DNA of 35,949 bases, taken from NCBI GenBank assembly GCA_947630525.1, contig CANRHW010000001.1, positions 1-35,949 of the forward strand. The letters are read 5' to 3'. A model generated the notes under the pieces. That model saw only the letters and a program-made list of their open reading frames with translations. It did not search any database and had not been told where the DNA came from. This document shows positions 26,401 to 34,900 of this stretch, piece after piece. The position numbers and the translations under genes are program-made. Source of the stretch: an uncultured Clostridia bacterium (GTDB lineage: Bacteria; Bacillota; Clostridia; UMGS1883). The first letter of the stretch is position 1, and each line of letters starts with the position of its first letter.

Positions 26401-27120
26401 CTTGTCGCCCTTTTTCAGCTCCCTCATTTCCGCGCCGGGGGTCTTGCCCTTATCGTCGGCCTTGCCGAAGATATCGCCCCGCACCGTAGCGAACTGCACG
26501 TCGTTGTTAATCTCGGATATGGGCGTCAGCTCTTCCTCCGCGTTGAAGTCTTTGCCGAAAATAACCCGGTCATCGGACTTCTCCTCCGCCTTATGGGCGG
26601 GGGCTTTGTCGTAGATGGGCTCTAGCTTGCGCTCCACCTCCATCTCCTGTTCCAAAAAGGCCACGCTGAGCTTTACGCCCAGCCGCTTTTCCAACAGTCC
26701 GGCCATGTGGCGGCCGGCCATGTCGTTTTCAAGTATATCCTTGTTGCCGTGGCGCAGGGTGATATACAGCGTGCCGCCCCGGAGGGCATAAGTACTGTCG
26801 CAGAGTATGGCCCCCCACAGGGGGTTTGTGTCTCTGAGCTCCGACGCAAGCTGCCCGGCCATCTTGACTATGTCCTCTTCGGTGGGCTCGGGTATGTCGA
26901 ACACCGGCTCGATAGCAACCTGCGTCAGCTTGTAGGCCCTGCCTATGTCCTCGCCGTAGCTGTCAATATAGCCCTTGGGTATTATGCGGCTGAAAACCAC
27001 GTCGATTTTGGCGGTACGGTTCTCCTTATTTATCACCATATGGCGTATCACGCCGTCACGGACGCTTTCGTCTCCCTCCGCCGAGGGGAACACATCGCGC
27101 ATTATGTATGTTTTGTCCAT
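23458..27120 (-). CDS. polC: PolC-type DNA polymerase III alpha subunit without the internal 3'-5' exonuclease domain
   Basis: 1220 aa. PHP motif [13 protein letters not shown] and the PolC zinc finger HYRCPKCK...CPECG...[27 protein letters not shown]. Also [24 protein letters not shown] and [13 protein letters not shown]. The PHP region reads ...[43 protein letters not shown]... with no DEDD insert. Confidence 0.9.
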   Translation of the reverse strand: [1220 protein letters not shown]

Positions 27121-27230
27121 AGAGGAGCATCCCCTTTTTTAATCAGTAAAAATTTGCCGCTCCGCGACGCAATGTCAGTTCAAGTTTATTTCACGCTCCA
27201 ATACGTCGGCGAAGCGCTGAAATAAAAGCC

Positions 27231-28289
27231 TCACATACTCTCTATCTCTTTGAAAAGCTCGTCCACGGCGGCGGCTATATCCACCTTGCGGAGTATCTCG
27301 CCCTTTTTAAAAAGCAGGGCCGAACCGCTGCCGCAGGCAAAGCCGATATCCGCTTCGCGGGCCTCGCCGGGGCCGTTGACCACGCAGCCCATTACGGCCA
27401 CGTGTATGTCCTTATCCACGCCCTCCAGCCGGGCCGAGACCTGATTAGCGATATCTATCATGTTTTTTACCTGGCAGCGGCCGCAGGTCGGGCAGGAGGT
27501 GAGCCGCGCGCCCCTGCGCAGGTCAAGGGCCTTTAAAAGCTCGATGCCCGCCCTTACCTCGCGAACCGGGTCGGCGGTCAGCGACACCCGGATGGTGTCG
27601 CCTATACCGTCAAGGAGCAGGGAGCCTATGCCGATGCTGCTCTTGATTATGCCGGTGTATTCGGTGCCTGCCTCGGTGACCCCCAGGTGCAGCGGATAAT
27701 CCGTAAGCCGGGCTATTCGCCGGTAGGCCTCCACCATCAGGGGAACGCTGCTGCTCTTTATGGAAATGCCTATATCGTGGAAATCGCAGTCCTCCAGCAG
27801 GGCGGCGTGGCGCAGAGCGCTCTCGCACAGGGCCTCGGCGGTGGGGTGGCCGTATTTTTCAAGCAGGTCCTTTTCCAGCGACCCGCCGTTGACCCCTATC
27901 CTTATGGGCACGTCCCTCTCCCCGGCGGCGTCGGCCACGGCGCGCACATTGTCCTTGCCGCCGATATTGCCGGGATTTATGCGTATCTTGTCGGCCCCGC
28001 TCTTAATGCACTCCAGAGCCAGCCTGTGGTCAAAATGTATGTCGGCCACAAGGGGGATATTTGTCCGCTCCTTAATGGCCCTGAAAGCCCTGGCCGCGTC
28101 CATGTCGAGCACGGCCAGCCGGGCAATATCGCAGCCGGCGGCGGCAAGGGCGTTTATCTGGCGCACCGTGGCGTCGACGTCACGGGTATCGGTAGTACAC
28201 ATGGACTGGACGCTGACCGGAGCGCCGCCGCCCACTAAAACTCCGCCCACGTTTATTTGGCGGGATGAGCGTCTTTCTGTTTCAGCCAT
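27231..28289 (-). CDS. ispG: 4-hydroxy-3-methylbut-2-en-1-yl diphosphate synthase
   Basis: 352 aa. QSMCTTDTRD, RINPGNIG and the C-terminal Fe-S cysteines (CPTCGRC...). Typical IspG/GcpE. Confidence 0.95.
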   Translation of the reverse strand: MAETERRSSRQINVGGVLVGGGAPVSVQSMCTTDTRDVDATVRQINALAAAGCDIARLAVLDMDAARAFRAIKERTNIPLVADIHFDHRLALECIKSGADKIRINPGNIGGKDNVRAVADAAGERDVPIRIGVNGGSLEKDLLEKYGHPTAEALCESALRHAALLEDCDFHDIGISIKSSSVPLMVEAYRRIARLTDYPLHLGVTEAGTEYTGIIKSSIGIGSLLLDGIGDTIRVSLTADPVREVRAGIELLKALDLRRGARLTSCPTCGRCQVKNMIDIANQVSARLEGVDKDIHVAVMGCVVNGPGEAREADIGFACGSGSALLFKKGEILRKVDIAAAVDELFKEIESM

Positions 28290-28304
28290 AATTATCCTCC
28301 TGTT

Positions 28305-28574
28305 TTACCTTTCGGCTATGCCAAGCTCTTCCAGCTTGGCAACGTAGGTCTCGGCGGCCTCTCTGGCCCCGGCCTCGTCTATCTCGTATTCACCCATGAT
28401 GGCGGACACGAGCTCCTCCATAGTAATCTCGTTTTCAAGCTGCTTAAAAATAAAGGCGCCGGTATCGTTTACGGTGATAAGGCGGCTGAAGTTTACCGAC
28501 TGGCCGCCGCCCAGCTTTACGACTATATATGTGCCGCCCACCTTTCTCAGGCGGTATTTCCCGTTAAGCCTCAT
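28305..28574 (-). CDS. PqqD-family (RiPP-recognition-element-like) small protein, solitary
   Basis: The track ORF extends to 28622. ATG 28574 has GGAGG 8 nt upstream. 89 aa: ...ITVNDTGAFIFKQLENEITMEELVSAIMGEYEIDEAGAREAAETYVAKLEELGI fits the PqqD winged-helix pattern. Confidence 0.7.
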   Translation of the reverse strand: MRLNGKYRLRKVGGTYIVVKLGGGQSVNFSRLITVNDTGAFIFKQLENEITMEELVSAIMGEYEIDEAGAREAAETYVAKLEELGIAER

Positions 28575-28767
28575 AAAATTTTCCTCCTTTTTGTGTATGC
28601 TACATAAGTATATCACATTCAAACCACAATATCAAGTATATGGTGTGAATTTTTTTGTACAGGTGAGACAAAAAACATCGTTCACAAATTATTTACAAAT
28701 TTGTTTTAGAAATGTCTATAAAATAGTGTAAAATATTATTGGAATAAATTACAAAGGAATGAGTCCA

Positions 28768-29220
28768 ATGAACGGGAAGATACTACTTATAAACGGTCCC
28801 AACATGAATATGCTTGGGATAAGACAGCCGGAAATATACGGCAGCGACAACCTTGAGACCATAGAGAAGCTGACGGTCGAACGGGCCGGGAGCCGCGGCT
28901 ATGAGTGCGAATGCTTCCAGTCCAACTATGAGGGAGCCATTATCGAAAAAATACATGAGGCCTATGGGAAATTTGACGGTATAGTGATAAATCCGGCGGC
29001 CTTTACCCATTACAGTTACGCCATTGCCGACGCGGTCAGCGCGGTTAGTCTGCCCGCGGTGGAGGTTCACATGTCGGACATACACAGCCGCGAGGACTTC
29101 CGCCACAACAGCGTTATCCTCCCCTACTGCATAGGTCAGGTCGCCGGCCTTGGCAAAGACAGCTACGCCGCGGGCGTGGATAAATTAGCCGATTATCTGG
29201 AGGGCAAGAGCCATGTATGA
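28768..29220 (+). CDS. aroQ: 3-dehydroquinate dehydratase, type II
   Basis: ILLINGPNMNMLGIRQPEIYG, QSNYEG, INPAAFTHYS, EVHMSDIHSREDFR. The track starts at ATG 28759. I prefer ATG 28768 because the AAGGA spacing is better. Confidence 0.9.
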   Translation: MNGKILLINGPNMNMLGIRQPEIYGSDNLETIEKLTVERAGSRGYECECFQSNYEGAIIEKIHEAYGKFDGIVINPAAFTHYSYAIADAVSAVSLPAVEVHMSDIHSREDFRHNSVILPYCIGQVAGLGKDSYAAGVDKLADYLEGKSHV

Positions 29221-30283
29221 AGAACGAGCCGCCCGTCTGCTCACCGCCGTCAGCGCCAAGGGCGCGGACGCCTGCCTTGTGGCGTCGAAAGAAAACAGGG
29301 TCTTTCTCAGCGGCTTTACCGGCGAAACCGGGGCACTGCTCATCACGGAGCGCAATCTGACCCTGTTTGTGGAGCCCCGCTACGCTCTGCAGGCGGCAAT
29401 GGAGACCAAGGGCTTCAACATTGTCAGCACCGCCGGCGGACTGTATAACAGCATAAACGACACCGTCATAGCCGACGGGGTGAAAAGGATAATATACGAG
29501 GACAACTATTTTACCGTGAACCAGTTCCGTTCGCTGGAAAAGCACCTGCGCTACGAGGAGCTTATCCCGGCCGGGGACCTGATGCTGCGGCTCAGGGCCG
29601 TGAAGGATCCGGGCGAGGTCGGTATAATGACCGAAGCGGCCCGGATAACCGACGCGGGCGTCGCCAAGGTGGAACAGCTCCTAAAGGTGGGCGCGGCGGA
29701 AAAAGACCTTGTCATTCAGGCGGAAACGTACCTCCGCAGCCTTGACGCGGCGGGCTTCGCCTTCCCGCCGGTGATAGTGTCCGGCCCGCGGACGGCCATG
29801 CCCGCGGCGGTGCCTGCGGCAAAGGAAATCGCTTTCGGCGACATAGTTGTCGTAAATCTGGGCATAATATATAAAGGCTACTGCACCGATTGCAGCAGGA
29901 CATACTTCATCGGCAGCGCCGACGACGCGGCGCGGGATATGTTTGACGCGGTGCTCTGCGCCCGCAACGCCGTCCTTGGCGAAGCGCGCACCGGCGCGGG
30001 CTGTCAGACTGTGGACGCCAGAGCCAGGGCCGTGCTTGCCGAAAAGGGATACGGAGAAAATTATCTCCACTGCGTAGGCCACGGACTGGGCCTGTCTGAC
30101 AGGGAACTGCCAATTATGAACCTGCAAAGCACCGACACCCTGTGTACCAACATGACGGTCAGCATTGGGGCCGGAGCCTATAAAAGCGCCTTTGGCGGCA
30201 TCAGAATGACCGACACCGCCGTTGTCGCTCCCGAAGGAGCCGTTTGTCTGACGAAAGCCCCCTGCGAGCTGGCCGTACTGTAA
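29213..30283 (+). CDS. M24-family (Xaa-Pro aminopeptidase/creatinase fold) protein with degenerate metal-binding residues
   Basis: 356 aa. Creatinase-N-like N-terminus plus a pita-bread fold. The ligand contexts read VVVNLG, GYCTDCSRTY, VGHGLGLSDRELP, TVSIGAGAY and GIRMTDT. Its start overlaps the aroQ stop by 8 nt. Confidence 0.8.
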   Translation: MYEERAARLLTAVSAKGADACLVASKENRVFLSGFTGETGALLITERNLTLFVEPRYALQAAMETKGFNIVSTAGGLYNSINDTVIADGVKRIIYEDNYFTVNQFRSLEKHLRYEELIPAGDLMLRLRAVKDPGEVGIMTEAARITDAGVAKVEQLLKVGAAEKDLVIQAETYLRSLDAAGFAFPPVIVSGPRTAMPAAVPAAKEIAFGDIVVVNLGIIYKGYCTDCSRTYFIGSADDAARDMFDAVLCARNAVLGEARTGAGCQTVDARARAVLAEKGYGENYLHCVGHGLGLSDRELPIMNLQSTDTLCTNMTVSIGAGAYKSAFGGIRMTDTAVVAPEGAVCLTKAPCELAVL

Positions 30284-30311
30284 AAAAAATCCAACTATTT
30301 TAAAAAAAGGC

Positions 30312-30340
30312 TTGATTATTTTCCTTGTTTGTAGTATTAT
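30312..30340 (+). promoter_or_regulatory. Candidate promoter of efp
   Basis: TTGATT (30312-30317), 17-nt spacer, TATTAT (30335-30340), about 38 nt upstream of ATG 30379. Confidence 0.4.
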
Positions 30341-30378
30341 ATGTATGATATCAACAAAACACGAAAGGAAGATACAAC

Positions 30379-30936
30379 ATGATTTCCGCAGGTGAATTTA
30401 GAAACGGCGTGACCTTTGAGCTCGACGGCAACGTTTATCAAGTCATCGAGTTCCAGCACGTTAAGCCCGGCAAAGGCGCGGCCTTTGTAAGGACAAAGAT
30501 AAGAAACGTTATTTCCGGCGGCGTGGTTGAAAGGACTTTCAGCCCTACCGACAAAATGCCCAAGGCGCACATCGAGCGCAAAGATATGGAGTACCTTTAC
30601 AACGACGGTGATCTTTACTACTTTATGGACCCCGAGACCTATGAGCAGATACCCATAGGCACAGACAAGCTGGGCGACGCCCTTAAGTTTGTTAAGGAAA
30701 ATATGCAGGTAAAAATACTGTCCTTTAAGGGCAATATATTCGGCGTTGAGCCGCCAAACTTTGTGGAGCTCACCGTTACCGACACCGAACCCGGCTTTGC
30801 GGGCAACACCGCCCAGGGCGCCACTAAACCCGCCACTCTCGAAACCGGTGCTCAGGTACAGGTTCCCCTGTTCATCAACCAGGGCGAGGTTATCCGCGTG
30901 GATACCCGCACCGGCGAGTATATGTCCAGGGCATAA
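30379..30936 (+). CDS. efp: Translation elongation factor P
   Basis: 185 aa. [43 protein letters not shown] is the canonical EF-P N-terminus with the PGKG loop. Confidence 0.97.
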   Translation: MISAGEFRNGVTFELDGNVYQVIEFQHVKPGKGAAFVRTKIRNVISGGVVERTFSPTDKMPKAHIERKDMEYLYNDGDLYYFMDPETYEQIPIGTDKLGDALKFVKENMQVKILSFKGNIFGVEPPNFVELTVTDTEPGFAGNTAQGATKPATLETGAQVQVPLFINQGEVIRVDTRTGEYMSRA

Positions 30937-30977
30937 AATTTGACAATTAATTTATTTCATTATAAGGAGGCAGCGAT

Positions 30978-31415
30978 ATGAGCTACTTAACCGAAAAAGC
31001 GGCATACCTCAAAGGTCTGCTCGAAGGTTCAGACCTTGACACCACCACTAAGGAGGGCAAGCTCATCAGTTCGGTGATCGAGCTTTTAGGCGAGATCACG
31101 GACGAAATGGAAGGCTACAACGACGAGCTTGACGAGCTTCACGGACAGGTGGACGAAGTTGACCAGGCTTTGGCCGATGTGGAGGACGAAGTCTACGGCG
31201 AATGTGATGACGACGAGGACGAGGAGGATGACGACTGGGATTTCGACGACGATGACGAGCTGGCGGTCGAGTGTCCTCACTGCGGCGACACTATCTATCT
31301 TGACGCGTCTCTTTTGGAGGATTGCGAAAGCTCCATCACCTGCCCTAACTGCAAGGAAGAGATAGAAATAGAATTTACCGACGACTGCGATTGCGGTTGC
31401 CACGAGCACGAGTAA
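30978..31415 (+). CDS. CD1247-N-terminal-domain-like acidic protein with a C-terminal double-CxxC zinc ribbon
   Basis: 145 aa. N-terminal helical part KAAYLKGLLEGSDLDTTTKEGKLISSVIELLGEITDEM, a long D/E tract, then CPHCG...CPNC. RBS AAGGAGG lies upstream. Confidence 0.75.
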   Translation: MSYLTEKAAYLKGLLEGSDLDTTTKEGKLISSVIELLGEITDEMEGYNDELDELHGQVDEVDQALADVEDEVYGECDDDEDEEDDDWDFDDDDELAVECPHCGDTIYLDASLLEDCESSITCPNCKEEIEIEFTDDCDCGCHEHE

Positions 31416-31430
31416 AATTGAACATCAAAA

Positions 31431-31465
31431 TTATGCCCCCGGCAAAGCCGGGGGCATAATTTATA
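31431..31465 (+). terminator. Rho-independent terminator after the efp/acidic zinc-ribbon unit
   Basis: TTATGCCCCCGG-CAAAG-CCGGGGGCATAA followed by TTTAT. Confidence 0.7.
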
Positions 31466-31550
31466 AGGCTTTAGTCAGTATAAAGGGCCGTAAAAAACTC
31501 ACTATGTAATCTGGAGGCACTGGGGCTGTCCAAAAAAATCGCGCAGAACA

Positions 31551-31631
31551 AACGAAAATCAGCTCGCGCAGGCGAAGCCGAGCAAGCACTCCCGACGGCG
31601 TACACAGGTACGCCGAGTGGTGATTTTCGTT
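31551..31631. other. Compact three-helix structured element in a convergent intergenic gap (candidate small RNA, strand unresolved)
   Basis: Perfect 11-bp closing stem AACGAAAATCA/TGATTTTCGTT (31551-61/31621-31). It encloses GCTCG/CGAGC (31562-66/31579-83) and CGGCGTAC-ACAG-GTACGCCG (31596-31615). Confidence 0.25.
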
Positions 31632-31642
31632 CGTAGTTCAAG

Positions 31643-31689
31643 GGCATAAAATAAAAAGAAAAACCGTCTTTTTTTGTAAAAAGACGGTT
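31643..31689 (-). terminator. Rho-independent terminator for the 1313-aa surface protein gene
   Basis: AACCGTCTTTTT/AAAAAGACGGTT 12-bp stem (31662-73/31678-89). On the minus strand it is followed by TTTTCTTTTTATTTTATG. Confidence 0.7.
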
Positions 31690-31913
31690 CTTCCACATTA
31701 ATCTATAGTTTTGATTCTATTGTCGGGTTTATCATCACGTAAATTTGGCTTAATCAAAGACTTCCGGCCAAAATGGGGCCCCCGCAAAATGGCAAAGCCG
31801 ATTTTGTGGGGAAAAGGAGTCACAGCGAGGTGAGCCAGGTTTAGATTTTTTAAATCTAAACTTGCGATACCGAGCTTGTGACGACGCCGGTCTGCGCCAT
31901 TTTTTTACAGCCG

Positions 31914-34900
31914 TTAGTCCTCAGCCTCTTCAATATATACGCGCTGATACTTGTCGCTCCAGTTCACCTCGCAGCCGAAGCCCTCGGCAATGGCGCGTAC
32001 GGGAACCATGGTCCTGTTGTTTATGAGCTGAGCGGGTACGTCAAGCTCCTTGGCGGCGCCGTTCACATAGAGCTGATTGGAGCCGATAGAAATGCTGACG
32101 GTGATATCGCCCCTTACGGCGGTAGCGGTGCTTGTAGCGTCGTCCCACTGAACGTCGGCGCCCATGGCCTCAAATATGGCGCGGAGAGGAACCAAAGTTC
32201 TGTCATTTACAATAACGGGAGCCTGGCCGTAAGGCGTAAAGTCGATATTCTTGCGGTCATAGCCTACAAGTATCTCGCTGTCGAAGGGCACGTTTTCATC
32301 CACATGACCCACCGGCTTGCCGTAAATGGCAACCTCCTGAGGCTTGCCGCCCCAAAGCGCGGACTGGTTATTGTTCTGGATATTCTTAACATCCTCAACG
32401 GTTACCTTAACATATCTGTAAGGAGTGGTGTCGGTAACCCAGCCTACATGGAAGCCGCCGTCGTCGTCATTATTGTCGGTCACGTCGGCTATCATGGTCC
32501 AGTTGCTCATGTCGTTGCTGCCGTAGGCCTTGTAATAAGACGCGCATACGGAACCCATGTAAATATCATTGGTCAGGTTTACCTCGGTGATAACGGTGGG
32601 CGTTTCAAGGTCTACCACAATGTCAAAGGGAAGATTGTCCACCTCGGCCACGGGAGAGGCCTGCATCTGGAGGTTATCGGTAAGCTCCGGGGCCTCGCGG
32701 CCGTTGATGGTGGCCTTCTTGCCGAGAGATACGTACTCGCCGGACTGAACGGCGATAGCGCCCCAGTAGGGGTCATATTCCATGCGGTAGCACCATGCGC
32801 CGGTAGCTATACCGTTGTTGATGGCCAAGTGGAAGAAACGCTGATAGTTATTCCTTCTCCAGCCGCCGCTCTGGCCCCAGTTATAGCCGTGGCCGCGCTG
32901 AACAACTCTGCCGGAATCACTGCCATAGCCCCATACGCCGTTGGCCTGAGTGCCAAAGGTAGAGGTATTGGCAACCTCGCGCAGGGGGCTCCACGCCTGG
33001 TCAAGGGCCGGGCTGCTGGAATAGCGGGCCTGACTCTGGAACCAGCCGTTGGTGGTGGAGGTATATACGTAATAAGCGTTGCCGTCGTGGAATACGGAGG
33101 GAGACTCCTGATGCTGGCCTTTGAGGATAATATTGGTGATCTCGGCGGGAACTACCCAGTTGTCCTGAAGCTTCATGATCATCATATCCTGATTGTTGTT
33201 GGTGGCGCTGAAGGTGTAAAGGTCATGGCCGTCAACAAAGCGCACCATATCTCTGGAGTCGTGGCCAAAGGGACGGCCAACGTACCAGCCGGAAAGCTGG
33301 TTTGTACCGGCGTTGTCATAGAGCTCGTACTGTTCGAGCTGGTCCATATGGTTGATTATCTGGCCGGTAGCGGGAATTACATAGAACGGATCGACCTGAT
33401 GGTCGCCCTTGCCGGGTTGGAAGGTGGCAAAGAACAGCTTGGAGCAGGCGAAGCCGTTGCCCTCGGCATGGGCCGAGAAAGAAATCGTCTCGCCGTCATA
33501 TTTAAGACCGTTCTGCTTGCCTTCCATACGAATGTCCACAAAGATGGGATAGGCATAGGTCCAATCGTTGGGCCAGTTAAAGCCGTCGTCGCTCTCCTTG
33601 TAGCGGATAGCCATAACGGAGCAGGCCTTGTCAAAGTTAGCCAGGTCCTCATCGCTGGTGAAGCCCAGGGACATGAAGGTTTCCTTATTGATACCGTCGA
33701 GGCCCACGCTGTAATACTTGTCGCCGATGTGGTAGCCGCTGGGAGAAGGCTCGACCACGCGGTTGGGATCCTCATTGGGCTTCCAGCCGCCGTTAACGTT
33801 GTCGTCATAGCCGTTGGAATCATTCACGTCTATGGCGAAGGTCATAACGGTGTTGGTGGTGCCTGTGGCGATAGTCGCCCCGTCGGAATCAAGAGCAAAA
33901 ACCGTGTAAGAGATGTTCTTGTTGATAGGCAGGTCGTACTCGTCCAGGCAGTCGCCGATAGCCGTGCCGATGAGAACATTGTCCCTGTAAACGGCATAGC
34001 TGGCGGCGCCGGGATACATGGGCCAGCCTATTTTTACGTTATTTACCGTGTTTTCGCCCTCTATGCGGTATTCCGCGGCGGTGGCGTTCCAAGGCTGATT
34101 GTAGACCCAGGCTTCAACGATGCCGGTCATGGTGCCGTTGGACGCTATCGTCCGGGCCTTTACATGGGCCGTACCGTTGGCGAAGAAAGGACCGGTGTAT
34201 TTCGTGCTCTGGGGGGTGGGGTCGGTGCCGTCCAGAGTGTAATAGATGTAGTTGGAAGCGTAATGGCCGATAGTTATGGGCTCGTAGGTGTCCACAAGAT
34301 AGTTTTCGCTGCCGCCGCTGACATTCATAACGGGGGTAACGTAGCCGGCCATGTACTCGTCGATATCCTGAGCGGTCAGGGCGCGGTTGAACACATAGAT
34401 ATTGTCAACATAGCCCGTACCGGCCAGAGCCAGAGAGGAGATGCCGCTGAGCACGCCGGCCACATTGTAGCCGCCGGGAGCGGAAACAAGCGCGCCGTTC
34501 ACATAAAGCCTTATCTCACCGGCCGAATAGGAAACTACCACCTTTTTCCAGGCCGTACCAACGCCCGCCGCGGAAACGCTGCCCTCGGGGGCGGCGGCGG
34601 TAACAACCGAGCCGGTGTCGGTAACGGTAAACCTCGCGCCCGCGTCGGCAAGAATAATGCCGTCGGTATCGGAGGTCTTGCTGTCATAGGAAATTGTAAA
34701 GGAATCAAGGCCGCTGAGAGCCACGGAATTGATGAGCATTCCGCCCGCGCCGGGTTTCACGGCATTACCAAAGCACTCCATAGAGGGCTCCGTCACGTAA
34801 TCGCCGGAAAGGCTTGCGCCGTAAGGCTCCTTGTCAAAGTCAACGGAAGCGAGCAGACTGTCGCCGGCGTCCGTCGGGAGCAGAGTAACGTTTACGTCCT

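Noticed and set aside
4269-26625. Other long plus-strand ORFs (4269..5768, 5868..6533, 6161..7123, 8792..9811, 11741..12793, 12881..13831, 16021..16521, 16692..17183, 18984..20111, 20654..21316, 21840..23360, 25150..26625 and others)
   Set aside because: Each lies entirely antisense to a minus-strand gene with a clear family assignment. They have the typical GC-rich shadow-ORF composition and no RBS.
31471-31698. 75-aa minus-strand ORF in the convergent intergenic gap
   Set aside because: It starts inside the terminator hairpin of the upstream gene and reads through the three-helix element. It has no RBS and no recognisable protein features.
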